Assembly: GCA_002376945.1 (NCBI GenBank)
Contig: DFOX01000016.1
Coordinates: forward strand, 1,620-65,619
Length of the DNA stretch: 64,000 nt
Source: Patescibacteria group bacterium UBA3530
GTDB taxonomy: Bacteria; Patescibacteriota; Minisyncoccia; Phycocordibacterales; UBA2100
Direction of reading: 5' to 3'
The translations under genes were made by a program, and so were the position numbers. Position 1 is the first letter of the stretch; every line of letters begins with the position of its first letter. This document shows, piece by piece, positions 10,301-18,620 of the stretch. The notes below the pieces were generated by a model that saw nothing but the letters and a program-made list of their open reading frames with translations, had not been told where the DNA came from and made no database searches.

Positions 10301-10509
10301 AAATCGTGGTCAATGCAGCTGCGTCTCGTTTGCGACCGGTGCTACTCACCGCACTCACTACGGTAATTGGTGTCATTCCACTACTTTTTGCAGCCGCCAT
10401 TTGGGTACCGCTTGCGTATGCATTGATGTTTGGTCTTGCCTTTGCAACTATTATTACACTAGTGCTCGTTCCATCCATTTATGCACGGTGGCCGGGTAAG
10501 GATATTTAG
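7357..10509 (+). CDS. RND family efflux transporter permease (AcrB/AcrD/AcrF-like)
   Basis: 1050 aa with a 12-TM architecture and two large periplasmic loops, typical of RND pumps. Confidence 0.9.
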   Translation: MFNVWSFFTQRSRFAVIVIAAILFLGIGAIYNIPKESAPEVDVPIAIVSTVLPGASPEDVEQLVTNVLEEPLKNTLSDVRNITSTSGNGISTITVEFEANANLPKSMRSVRDEVDAAKIDLPDDALDPRIIEIDFGGDPVVTGTLSADIPNELLYTIAEDTADVLETIPGVSSVVLSGVTGKEVQVVIDTQALQQYGITVAHVTGAIAGANTSLPVGNIEIDGAEFPVRLAGDIESAEHVADTPILSLDGAPVYVRDVANVFVGREEPSSLSRTSLNNQPSNPSVSFEVFKSSSANITTVSTAVQEKLQNMQKEPGGLLENIAVHNMYDSGEELKSDLTTLTRSGMYTVLLVTLVLMIAVGWRESIIAAISIPLSFLTAFIGLAYSGNSLNFVSLFALILSIGIIVDSTIVIVEGINKKLHEMRRHQGETVQEVQSVKSHAALDVVREFHVPLTAGTMTTIAVFAPLFIVSGITGEFIKSIPFTIIFVLAASLLVALGFVPMIATKLLRRGSNAENAFVKKRENVTARFEALYRIYLTKLLSSREAENILFITLIALFVLTLALPVVGAVRVVFFEDSNSDYMILETSLPIGSVLSETDLEIRKAEEVLYTIPEATSFVTTVGSGSAFTNPFEGSPTGSARTANIFVNLDPKRKRNTTEILDDVRQKLEVIKTSDIRADQLSDGPPSLAPITITIYGDKFVDLEIAAAKVETVLKRIPGTADITSSVKDATSEFVFSINRDEVVALGADIRSIAGSLRVALYGEDITEIKQLGDDVDIVARVALDAEGVNRRYDTNITTLESLARVMVQTQSGVYPLATFIEVAVEPSRASIEHDNGTRIATVSSRIGAGGNALVITQQAQKLLASETLPEGVRLSFGGESEDIDQSFRDMFTALIIGVISMFAILVLQFNSFRFATYVLMIVPLSLIGVFLGLMITGNPLSFPSIMGFIALSGIVVNNSIILIDTINTERRTYANSKTMHEIVVNAAASRLRPVLLTALTTVIGVIPLLFAAAIWVPLAYALMFGLAFATIITLVLVPSIYARWPGKDI

Positions 10510-11423
10510 TACTGCTTCAACCAAAATCCCCAACCGCCGAGTTTTTTAAACACACCAATCTTCTCTCGACGTATCTCCAAAGCTAACGCACCGATACCAA
10601 GTGTTTTCCCAATTTCATTCGCCAAAGTCCGCATGTAGGTGCCGGCGCTTGCAACGCACACAATGTCAACAACTTGCAGGGCGCACGCGCTAGTCCGATA
10701 CCATGTATTCCACGAGTCAATTACTTCGTGGCGCCTAAAATCACGCCCGAGCCGTTTGGATTCATCGGTGACAATGGATAGCGCATGAATTTTTTCGAGC
10801 GTTCTTCTCCGTAGATCTTTTGGTTGAATGGTGCGAATTCCCGTAACACGCAGTGAAAATATTTCTCCGGTTGAATCTGGAACCGTGATCTCGTTGAGTC
10901 GTCCCTCAAGAAACCATTGAAAAAGCGGCTTTCCATCAACCGGCTTTGATGAAATGACCGGATATGACCATGCATACTTTCCCGTAAATGCCTCAATCGT
11001 GTCGGTAATTTCTTGCTCCCCAAATGGTGCCGGTGTCCCTGTATACGTGAGTTTTCCGAGTACGTCATGTGAATCACTGGAGAGGCCCAGTACGATTGAT
11101 ACCTTGTATTCCTTATCCAAATTCCAGTACTTTTTAATGTTCGAGCAGTAGTTTCCCGTCAAGACAAGTAGTTTTCCTTCGGCCATTGGATCCAATCGTC
11201 CCGCATACGCCATTTTTGTGGAAGGAGAAATATTTCGTTCCTCACGAGAACGCTCAATCGCCTGCAGTGGCGTTTCTCCCACTTCCTTATGCAGTGTGTA
11301 TCGGTGATTTTCTGACGCACCATCGCCTTGATTACGTTTTTGAAGCAATGGTGATAACTTGTTCCATATTATCATTAGATGCAATCTTATTCTTCCTAAT
11401 GTGTCCGCAGTCAGTACAGACAT
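10506..11423 (-). CDS. truB: tRNA pseudouridine(55) synthase
   Basis: Carries the 'AYAGRLDPMAEGKLLVLTG' catalytic Asp motif. The start is uncertain (probably internal, around 11375) because the upstream RNHCP gene overlaps. The 3' end overlaps the RND gene by 4 bp. Confidence 0.8.
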   Translation of the reverse strand: MSVLTADTLGRIRLHLMIIWNKLSPLLQKRNQGDGASENHRYTLHKEVGETPLQAIERSREERNISPSTKMAYAGRLDPMAEGKLLVLTGNYCSNIKKYWNLDKEYKVSIVLGLSSDSHDVLGKLTYTGTPAPFGEQEITDTIEAFTGKYAWSYPVISSKPVDGKPLFQWFLEGRLNEITVPDSTGEIFSLRVTGIRTIQPKDLRRRTLEKIHALSIVTDESKRLGRDFRRHEVIDSWNTWYRTSACALQVVDIVCVASAGTYMRTLANEIGKTLGIGALALEIRREKIGVFKKLGGWGFWLKQY

Positions 11424-11667
11424 GCACTACCGTGTACCCCTCCCCGTCGGCAAGAATCTCAGCAGGATGCATCAGGGCACCACATACTGACTCGCGATCT
11501 CCCGGATTGATGTCCACATGCCTGCTCCAGAGACAATGTGTGCAATGATTCGTATACCCGTTACCGATAACATTGGTACCGCAATGTGCGCAGGTAAAAT
11601 CCTCAGTTCTCTTTTGAAAGCGCTTGTGCATTACTCGAGCATAGCACCACTGCACAGTTGCAGGCAA
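11332..11667 (-). CDS. RNHCP domain-containing zinc-ribbon protein
   Basis: The 111-aa ORF carries the literal 'TNHCTHC' motif and further Cys/His pairs ('CAHCGTN', 'CTDCGH'). Confidence 0.65.
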   Translation of the reverse strand: MPATVQWCYARVMHKRFQKRTEDFTCAHCGTNVIGNGYTNHCTHCLWSRHVDINPGDRESVCGALMHPAEILADGEGYTVVHVCTDCGHIRKNKIASNDNMEQVITIASKT

Positions 11668-11676
11668 CAGCAGCTC

Positions 11677-12714
11677 TCACTCTTCTGTCGTGGGATAGTT
11701 TCTTTTTGCGTCCTTGGTTTCAAGAAGCTTCACATCAACGTCATCTTCAGGAGGAACACTGGCGATGAGATACCATGCGAGCACACCTAAAAATACAGCA
11801 ATTCCCGCAAGTGTTACATAATACATCATAAAGGTGGCCGAGAGCACCGTGATGACTGCGGACACCACAAGGCCGTATATATAGGGGTTCTTTAACTTGT
11901 GGATAACGACAGATCGCGCATATCGATACAGCAGGAGAAGGAGTCCGATGATGATAAGGGACGGGATGATATATCGATCACGTGCAAATAGTTGCACATC
12001 GGATTGTAGTGAAAGTCGCTCAGTGGGGATAGTATCCTTCAGTCGTTGCCACATTTCATTTTCACTGCTCATATCCTGAAACGCACTGTCTGCAGCTACC
12101 AGGGCGGCGGGAATAGTGTCAAGTGCGACCACTTCATCACCTTCTATCGTGGCCTCAATACTCACTATGGTGCTTGAATCTGGTGGTGGCGTATCAATCG
12201 TCACTGGTGCTGGCTTGATACTGGTGGGCTCGCGCTTTGCAACCAGCACTCGCGCTTCGCTAATTACCGGTAGTGCTGTCGGATGAGCGCGAGAAACCAA
12301 ACGATATGCATATGCCTTTCCCGGTTCAAGTCCGTCGATAATTGCAGTGTGCGCCACCTCTCCAGCATTGTTTTGCAACGAAGCATCACTGTATCCATAG
12401 TTTGGCGCATCCAAGTCAATGGTGACGGGTTCATTTGCAAGTTCGGTGAAAAGCACTGCACTCGCAGCTGGAGCAGAGGTTGTCCACGATATTACCGCAC
12501 ACCCCTCACCGAGATAGTCAAGACGAGATTCCGATGCAACGAGTGGATCAAATCCCATTATCATGCCCGTGCCGCGTGTTGCAATAGATACTGAGGTTGT
12601 ACCGCATGACTGCACAATGCTGGCAGACGCAAATTGAGGAGTTGCAAAAACTGCAATGGTGAATAGCAAAAGATATAGAACACGTAATGGTGTTGATACG
12701 GATAGCGCACTCAT
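11677..12714 (-). CDS. Secreted or membrane-anchored protein of unknown function
   Basis: Signal peptide 'MSALSVSTPLRVLYLLLFTIAVFATPQFASA' with likely start at the internal M (12714), an extracytoplasmic domain, and C-terminal TM helices. Confidence 0.55.
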   Translation of the reverse strand: MSALSVSTPLRVLYLLLFTIAVFATPQFASASIVQSCGTTSVSIATRGTGMIMGFDPLVASESRLDYLGEGCAVISWTTSAPAASAVLFTELANEPVTIDLDAPNYGYSDASLQNNAGEVAHTAIIDGLEPGKAYAYRLVSRAHPTALPVISEARVLVAKREPTSIKPAPVTIDTPPPDSSTIVSIEATIEGDEVVALDTIPAALVAADSAFQDMSSENEMWQRLKDTIPTERLSLQSDVQLFARDRYIIPSLIIIGLLLLLYRYARSVVIHKLKNPYIYGLVVSAVITVLSATFMMYYVTLAGIAVFLGVLAWYLIASVPPEDDVDVKLLETKDAKRNYPTTEE

Positions 12715-12891
12715 TTTGTAGGACTTTAATTGAAAATAACTGACGAAAAAGAGCAAAAGAGCGTCATGTCATTTGATTATAATTCTCCACACAAAGTTCT
12801 GTCAAGAAAGACAGCAGTACTCATTCATTAAGGACATGAAAGCCGAAAACAGCGCTTAAAATCGTCATAATATGTCCTTGAGAAGTATTTT

Positions 12892-12917
12892 GGAAAAGGC
12901 ACCCTTGAGTGCCTTTT
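12892..12917. terminator. Bidirectional hairpin terminator downstream of doxX
   Basis: AAAGGCAC-ccttga-GTGCCTTT flanked by A and T runs. Confidence 0.5.
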
Positions 12918-12922
12918 CCATT

Positions 12923-13408
12923 CTACGCCGAAGAATTGTCCTTACCACCACGACATTCATCGCAAATGCCACAGGTGCACATTCCCGGAATTTCACATAC
13001 TGCCGAAGTGCGCTTTTTGCACTTGGGGCACGGACATTTTCGTGCAAGACTCATGTTGCCACTATCATGTGCTGCAACATAGAGAAGTCCACCGATGATT
13101 GCGATATTTTTAAGTGCTCCAATCAAATCATTCAGGTGAGCCACAAAAATGGTGAGTAAGGTAAACACTGCCAAAGTGAGCGCCCCTTCTCGTGCATGGA
13201 TTCCTGTTGCCACCATCAGTCCGGCACCAATTTTTATCACAATAACAAGTGCAACCACTAGTGCGGCAAACGGAATGCCAAATGAGGCAAAATATTGTGT
13301 TGTGCCCGGAAAGCTTACGAGCATACCAATACCACTTACAATAAAGAGTAAAGACAATGCGATGCGTCCGACAAAAGGACCATATAGATTTATATTAGAA
13401 TTAATCAT
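12923..13408 (-). CDS. DoxX-family membrane protein with a Cys-rich C-terminal tail
   Basis: DoxX-like multi-TM core. The C-terminal tail 'CPCPKCKKRTSAVCEIPGMCTCGICDECRGG' has 9 Cys in about 30 aa. Confidence 0.7.
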   Translation of the reverse strand: MINSNINLYGPFVGRIALSLLFIVSGIGMLVSFPGTTQYFASFGIPFAALVVALVIVIKIGAGLMVATGIHAREGALTLAVFTLLTIFVAHLNDLIGALKNIAIIGGLLYVAAHDSGNMSLARKCPCPKCKKRTSAVCEIPGMCTCGICDECRGGKDNSSA

Positions 13409-13499
13409 GCGACGTACATTATTGTTAATAACTGCATCTAAGTATAGCAAAGAATTTCGGTTCACGACTCTGCTTCAAAAATACGTGCGAATAGTACTA

Positions 13500-14210
13500 C
13501 TACTGCATCAAGAACGTATTGAGTAATTTGAAATTCGCAAACTGGTTAAGTTCTTGGGTGAACAAAAGAATGCCAAGTACCACGAGCAACGCGCCAAAGA
13601 ATATATTCATGTATCGCAGTAGTAGTGCGTAGCGATTGATGAATTTTGCAGCATCAACCGTAAAGAAGCCGATGATAAGGAATGGGAGCCCTAATCCAAG
13701 TGCATACGCCATAAGAAGCCAAAACGCGATTCCCGGACTATTTGCGGCAAGACCAAGTATTGCGCCGAGTGCAACACTCACGCACGGCGTCCATCCCGCA
13801 GCAAACGCCGCTCCAAAAAGCACTGATGTGAGATGACGTGATTGTACCTTACCAACAACATTAAATGTATGTGCACGCTCGAGGAAAGGAATGCGTATGA
13901 GACGCATTAAAAACAATCCAAAGATGATGACGATCGCGCCACCGATTCGAGAAAGCCACAACTGCACATCAGAGGCACTGTACGACAGCAATGTGCTCAG
14001 CAGTACTCCCATTAGTGCAAAAACCAAGGAGAATCCCGCAACAAACAGAGCGCTCTGTAACAGCACTTGACTTCGCTTTGGCGTCTTGGTTGTGGATGTG
14101 CCTGTAAGATATGCAAGAAAGCCGGGAATGATTGGAAAGACGCACGGTGAAAGAAACGAGAGCAAACCACCGATGAATGCAATGAGGATCGTTACATCAC
14201 CTACTACCAT
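13500..14210 (-). CDS. ccdA: Cytochrome c-type biogenesis / thiol-disulfide transporter CcdA (DsbD transmembrane domain)
   Basis: 'LSFLSPCVFPIIPGFLAYLTG' and a second conserved Cys in 'AAGWTPCV'. Confidence 0.85.
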   Translation of the reverse strand: MVVGDVTILIAFIGGLLSFLSPCVFPIIPGFLAYLTGTSTTKTPKRSQVLLQSALFVAGFSLVFALMGVLLSTLLSYSASDVQLWLSRIGGAIVIIFGLFLMRLIRIPFLERAHTFNVVGKVQSRHLTSVLFGAAFAAGWTPCVSVALGAILGLAANSPGIAFWLLMAYALGLGLPFLIIGFFTVDAAKFINRYALLLRYMNIFFGALLVVLGILLFTQELNQFANFKLLNTFLMQ

Positions 14211-14218
14211 ACACTGCG

Positions 14219-14584
14219 TTAATATTTTTTGTTTCCGTACGCTTGCCCGACAAGTTTTGCAATAACCAGTGTAACCAGTGCTATACCGAGCCAGGGACTG
14301 GGCATGTAGTTGGTAAGAGTTTCAATAGTAATTCCCACCAACAGAACGCTTCCGGTCGCAAGAAATGAAATTCGTGAGCCCAATGTACGAATGAATTGTT
14401 CTCGTTCATCTCCTTTTTGCTCTTTCCATACATACACAGTGAATACCCCAAACACGGCTACCGTACTGAGCAAAAAAAGCATTGTTGCCATATCAGGCAT
14501 CCACGCCTTATTTGCGTACGTTAATAGAGCTACCAACACCGCCAGTAGTCCGGCAATCCCTATTTCCTTTATCGTACTACTCAT
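14219..14584 (-). CDS. Small membrane protein partnered with the XRE regulator (DUF2178-like)
   Basis: About 122 aa with 3-4 TM helices, beginning at the internal M ('MSSTIKEIGIAGLLAVLVALL'). It overlaps the XRE stop by 8 bp. Confidence 0.5.
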   Translation of the reverse strand: MSSTIKEIGIAGLLAVLVALLTYANKAWMPDMATMLFLLSTVAVFGVFTVYVWKEQKGDEREQFIRTLGSRISFLATGSVLLVGITIETLTNYMPSPWLGIALVTLVIAKLVGQAYGNKKY

Positions 14585-14783
14585 AATAAAATAATTCTTC
14601 GACAGATACCTTAAAATGGTGTGCGAGGCGCAGCGCCAACGCCACTGATGGGGTGTACTTACCCTTCTCAATTGAAATGATGGTCTGACGCGATACACCG
14701 ACACTTTTTGCCACCTGCTCTTGTGTTTCGCGGGCCTTGGTGCGTATATCCTTAAGTACCGTCTGTACGCTTGAATCTGCCAT
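14577..14783 (-). CDS. XRE-family helix-turn-helix transcriptional regulator
   Basis: 68 aa with 'QEQVAKSVGVSRQTIISIEKGKYTPSVALALRLAHHFKVSVEELF', a canonical Cro/C1 HTH. Confidence 0.85.
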   Translation of the reverse strand: MADSSVQTVLKDIRTKARETQEQVAKSVGVSRQTIISIEKGKYTPSVALALRLAHHFKVSVEELFYYE

Positions 14784-14807
14784 ACCAATATGATTAGTAT
14801 ATCACAA

Positions 14808-14843
14808 CACACACCATGTAAAGAATATTTTACATGGTGTGTG
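14808..14843. promoter_or_regulatory. Perfect 15-bp inverted repeat (putative XRE operator) overlapping the XRE promoter
   Basis: cacacaccatgtaaa-gaatat-tttacatggtgtgtg. TATACT (-10) lies just downstream on the minus strand, ahead of the XRE ATG. Confidence 0.5.
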
Positions 14844-15091
14844 TGGGTAAGCCAAAACTTCTTTTGAGTGAAATTTTGCTTGAAGCTACTCAGCAGCCTC
14901 GTCTTCGGCAGCTTCCTCAGTAACTTCTTCAGTTGCTGCTTCTTCTGCTCCCATGTCGGTGTTGTTCTCTTCCATGGTATTTTTTTAATTGCTAACCACC
15001 TCTTTCAGGTGCCCTTCTATGGTGCTTCATCATCTGTTTTTTGCAATGCACATATGCAAGTAAGCTACTTGCAAAACACGGGAGACCTGTT

Positions 15092-15685
15092 CTATTTTTC
15101 CACTGTCTCTGGAGTTGTGACGGGCTCCACACTTAACTCTCTATACATATGAATGATCGCCGTCATGACAATAATCACTGCCGGAAACATCCCAACTATC
15201 AGCAGAGCTACTCCAATTAGTATGATGAGAATGGCCACTATGGTAAAAAGGAATAATTTCCATTCATGTCCCTTGGTCATTTCAGAACTTGCTCGCAACG
15301 CTTCCATTGGACGCATCCCCCTATCAAGCACCAGCAGCTCGACAAAATACAGACGGAGGAATACATAAATTCCCGGAATAACGAGAAGCATGAGTCCAGC
15401 GAAAATTATCAATCCCTTAAGTATTGATGCAAATACAAAGTATATCCACCGTGCATCTATTTCAAATATATCATCCAACGCAACATGACGTCCGTCGTGA
15501 TGTGCGATAAGAAGTGTAATAAATCCACCTAAAACAATGTAGGAGAGTGCGGTGTAGAGTGCATTTCCGGTAGTCATCATCATCAGTAGCATTGCCAGTG
15601 CCGAAAGACCGGTCAAATACCAAAATCGTTCTGTAAGTTTTCGCCAACCTGTTCGCAGTGCTTCACGTATGTGTATTTTGTTCAT
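15092..15685 (-). CDS. Polytopic membrane protein, unknown function
   Basis: 197 aa with 5-6 hydrophobic helices and no catalytic motif. Confidence 0.55.
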   Translation of the reverse strand: MNKIHIREALRTGWRKLTERFWYLTGLSALAMLLMMMTTGNALYTALSYIVLGGFITLLIAHHDGRHVALDDIFEIDARWIYFVFASILKGLIIFAGLMLLVIPGIYVFLRLYFVELLVLDRGMRPMEALRASSEMTKGHEWKLFLFTIVAILIILIGVALLIVGMFPAVIIVMTAIIHMYRELSVEPVTTPETVEK

Positions 15686-15808
15686 ATTAATTTGTTACCT
15701 AATAAAGCATAAGTGTATCAAAAAGAAGTTCTGGTCACCACGTGCACCTCACTTTGACCAAATGCAATTAATTGTGTACCGTACATACCAGCAAGAGGGA
15801 GACGTGAC

Positions 15809-16237
15809 ATGGCCACTGATCTTAACGAAATGCTTGGGAGCTTTAACGAACTCGATGAGTTCAATACGTTCAAAATTTTGGCGTTATGCGTCAATATTCT
15901 TCGACTTCACCGCAGCGGGAATGAGACCGGGGTGAAAAACCAGCTTGAACTTATCTCCAGTGCCCTTACTGAAGACGTGGTGAATCGTCTGAAGTATGAG
16001 TGGAATGCGGATGTGGCACTTGAGACAAGAATGTCGGAGATTCACGCAGATTTCATGGTGTATCTTGCCGAGCTCCAAGCATCATTTCTGACCGACGGCG
16101 CTCCGTATACGGTAGTTGATATACTGGAGGAATGTATCGATGCGCGAAGTCTTCTCCATATTCTGGTGTTGTTCATGTCGTTTATGGACGCTCCGGTTGA
16201 TTTTGAGAAGCATCTCATCAATCAACTCAAGGATTGA
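15809..16237 (+). CDS. Acidic helical hypothetical protein
   Basis: Lone plus-strand gene with its own AGGGAG RBS 7 nt upstream of the ATG and a strong downstream terminator. Confidence 0.5.
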   Translation: MATDLNEMLGSFNELDEFNTFKILALCVNILRLHRSGNETGVKNQLELISSALTEDVVNRLKYEWNADVALETRMSEIHADFMVYLAELQASFLTDGAPYTVVDILEECIDARSLLHILVLFMSFMDAPVDFEKHLINQLKD

Positions 16238-16248
16238 GTTGCGTTGAC

Positions 16249-16275
16249 AAAGCCCCGTGCATTCGGGGCTTTGTA
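16249..16275 (+). terminator. Rho-independent terminator
   Basis: AAAGCCCCG-tgcatt-CGGGGCTTT followed by T-rich sequence. Confidence 0.6.
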
Positions 16276-16318
16276 CTTGGATTATTCGAGAATAGAAGGG
16301 TAGGCGGATATTATAATG

Positions 16319-16344
16319 TAAACGGCTCAATGGACTGAGCCGTT
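16319..16344. terminator. Second hairpin (possibly bidirectional terminator)
   Basis: AAACGGCTCA-atggac-TGAGCCGTTT, a perfect 10-bp stem. Confidence 0.4.
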
Positions 16345-16651
16345 TAGATACATGCCTCCAATAAATTTGAGATAGATCACTTTGGTGGAATTTAAACTGT
16401 TTGTAAGTCATCCACATTGTTGATAACAAATAATGTGCTATATACCGTTCGAGCATTGGATGAAGTTTATGCGGAATTTGCACCACTCGGAGGGGCGGGA
16501 AATCCAAAATTGTAGGGTGAGGCCCACTCATGCAAGATCGCAGATCGAACTTTGATCTCTCCCAAGATCAGGGTTGATCAGTTGCAAAACCCGTTCCTGA
16601 AGCAACTTCGGATGTTACGGGCTGGCAATTGGTAACAGCACTGTTTGTGAT

Positions 16652-17086
16652 TTATGCCATTTCCAACTCAGTGGAAGCTGTTTCTCTCGACCGGAGTTTC
16701 ATATCTGCTATGCATGAATCCAGCGTTTCCATATTGATGCATCTTGGGTGGCTATAAAAAATTGAAGGGTGGTTTTTGGGTCCCAAGACATAAATTGGAA
16801 TCGGCCTTCCAATGGTTGATAAAGCGAGTGCAGCCCCCAGCTCTACGTACATTCCTTTTCCGCAAGTTTCATTGTCTGTGATTATCACGTAGAAATCAGC
16901 GTTGCATACACCTTCGATGTCCTTGGCTGCACGAATTTCGGCCTCTTTCGTAAACTTGTCGCATACTGCCAAATCGTCAGTACAAGTCCAATCATGGGTA
17001 ATCTCAAAGCCAGCCTCTCTCAATCGCGAATACACGAACTTAATTTTGTGTTTTTCAGAGATTTGTCCAGAGACGAAGACTTTCAT
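16652..17086 (-). CDS. Nucleoside 2-deoxyribosyltransferase-like protein
   Basis: The N-terminal 'MKVFVSGQ' (Rossmann start) and 'CGKGMYVELGAALAL' match the NDT family. The ELG motif corresponds to the catalytic Glu region. Confidence 0.55.
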   Translation of the reverse strand: MKVFVSGQISEKHKIKFVYSRLREAGFEITHDWTCTDDLAVCDKFTKEAEIRAAKDIEGVCNADFYVIITDNETCGKGMYVELGAALALSTIGRPIPIYVLGPKNHPSIFYSHPRCINMETLDSCIADMKLRSRETASTELEMA

Positions 17087-17127
17087 GTAGTAGCATCCTA
17101 TCATGGATTTGGGAGGCGCGTTTTTGT

Positions 17128-17349
17128 TCAGCCAATGACAATGGATTGATCGACTACCCTAACAACGTGCGGGGCAAACTCGCTGCTTCGGGTGTGCGCA
17201 AAGCTCAGTCGTAGCAACTCGTTCGGGTGGGTTCGCAGTTCATATCGAAGCCGATCAATCAGTTTCCACCGGAAAGTATCAACGAGCTTTCTACAATCAT
17301 TGTCGCCCCAGCGGACGTCAAATACAGGCAGAACAAGGTTTTGTAACAT
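17128..17349 (-). CDS. Small hypothetical protein
   Basis: 73-aa ORF immediately upstream of the NDT-like gene. Weak support. Confidence 0.3.
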   Translation of the reverse strand: MLQNLVLPVFDVRWGDNDCRKLVDTFRWKLIDRLRYELRTHPNELLRLSFAHTRSSEFAPHVVRVVDQSIVIG

Positions 17350-17481
17350 CCCAGGATAGTACTTTTGCTCCTCTATCGAATAGCATTTGGTGGAACGAAC
17401 AAATGATCCTTCGTGTTCGAAGTGCTCAATTTCGAACTCTCGTGCAGTACCGCTAAAGCATCTCTGCTTGCCGACCCCTCG

Positions 17482-17557
17482 GGTGGACCTGAGAGGATTC
17501 GAACCCCCGACCTCCTCAGTGCAAATGAGGCGCTCTAGCCAACTGAGCTACAGGCCC
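17482..17557 (-). tRNA. tRNA-Ala (anticodon UGC)
   Basis: Manual fold of GGGCCTGTAGCTCAGTTGGCTAGAGCGCCTCATTTGCACTGAGGAGGTCGGGGGTTCGAATCCTCTCAGGTCCACC. It shows the G3:U70 alanine identity pair, anticodon loop TTTGCAC, and a TTCGAAT T-loop. Confidence 0.9.
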
Positions 17558-17610
17558 GATATTATTGATACCGGACAAAAATCTATATTCCTGTACGCGG
17601 ACATTCTAAC

Positions 17611-18564
17611 CTACTTCCTCGCAATGGCAAGAGAGAGTACGTGGTCAAGAAATTCAGAGAGCGTAATACCAACCGTGCTCAATGCCGTTGGAAGTGATGA
17701 TTCCGGTGCCAGTTCGGGAAGCGCATTGACTTCCAAGAAGTATATTCCTGATGGTGCAACGATGAAATTTGATCGAGAATAGTGGCGAAGTCCAAGCGCT
17801 CGATGCATTTCTCTTGCAGCATGCTCCATACGACTCTTTTCATCGCGACTGAAATTTCCCGGACACATATCGTCTATTGAAACCATGTTCGGGTTTTGAT
17901 AGATACTTTCAACAGGAGGTAGTGCATACACTCTTTTTTCTCGAAGATTATCCACCACGCCACAAGTACCCTCCTTTCCCTGAATATGCTGCTGGACAAT
18001 AACCGTATCTGTCTCATCAAATACTTCGGACAACATATCCGCCAGTTCGTGTACGGAGTTTGCAATATGTCCACCAATTGAGGAACCGCCCCGTACGGGT
18101 TTTATAACATACCGTGGACCGAACTGGCTAAAAATATGCTGTGCGACTTGTAGAGAGGACGTGCGTACCTCATAAGAGTGTATAACAACATGTTGTGGGA
18201 TCTTAACTCCCTGGATTTTTTTTCCATGAATGTATGTTTGCGCCTTGTCCATTGCCAACGCGGAACCAAATACCCCTGATCCGGTATAGGGAATTCCATG
18301 TACTTCAAGAATTTTTTGCACTACACCATCCTCACCAAATTCACCATGCAGTGCATTAAAAACAACATCAATACTGCGGAGTGCCTGGTTGGGAGTCACC
18401 GGTACTCCGCGCAGGTGCCAATCTCCTGCCCGTGAGATAAAAATATCGTGAACATTATACCGCTCCTCCGGAAGCGCAGCGATTACAGCAGCTCCAGTCG
18501 CCAGCGACACTTCGTACTTTCGCGAAGGCCCTCCTCGTAGTACACCAACATTAATACGTGCCAT
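17611..18564 (-). CDS. ddl: D-alanine--D-alanine ligase
   Basis: 317 aa with ATP-grasp and Ddl sequence ('MARINVGVLRGGPSRKYEVSL', 'GEFGEDGVVQKILEVHGIPYTGSGV'). Confidence 0.9.
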   Translation of the reverse strand: MARINVGVLRGGPSRKYEVSLATGAAVIAALPEERYNVHDIFISRAGDWHLRGVPVTPNQALRSIDVVFNALHGEFGEDGVVQKILEVHGIPYTGSGVFGSALAMDKAQTYIHGKKIQGVKIPQHVVIHSYEVRTSSLQVAQHIFSQFGPRYVIKPVRGGSSIGGHIANSVHELADMLSEVFDETDTVIVQQHIQGKEGTCGVVDNLREKRVYALPPVESIYQNPNMVSIDDMCPGNFSRDEKSRMEHAAREMHRALGLRHYSRSNFIVAPSGIYFLEVNALPELAPESSLPTALSTVGITLSEFLDHVLSLAIARK

Positions 18565-18620
18565 ATGTCACCAGTTTATCATGCACACGGCTACCGCGAA
18601 GTCGCTACTGGGCAAAATGC

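Noticed and set aside
14868-15152. 94-aa plus-strand ORF in the XRE upstream region
   Set aside because: Cys/Phe-rich low-complexity translation, no RBS, and it overlaps the operator palindrome and the 3' end of the 15092 gene. Spurious.
16082-16531. 149-aa minus-strand ORF from the track
   Set aside because: It spans two terminator hairpins and overlaps the 3' end of the plus-strand gene 15809..16237. It has low-complexity, non-coding-like composition and is likely spurious.
16350-16600. Possible chromosomal origin, based on a GATC cluster and DnaA-box-like sequences
   Set aside because: Only one imperfect DnaA box (TCATCCACA) here and one perfect box elsewhere at 46213. There is no DnaA box array, no AT-rich unwinding element, and no dnaA or dnaN nearby. 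The GATC density may be coincidental.
17387-17782. 131-aa plus-strand ORF
   Set aside because: It overlaps tRNA-Ala on the opposite strand and the 3' end of ddl, and has no RBS. Spurious.
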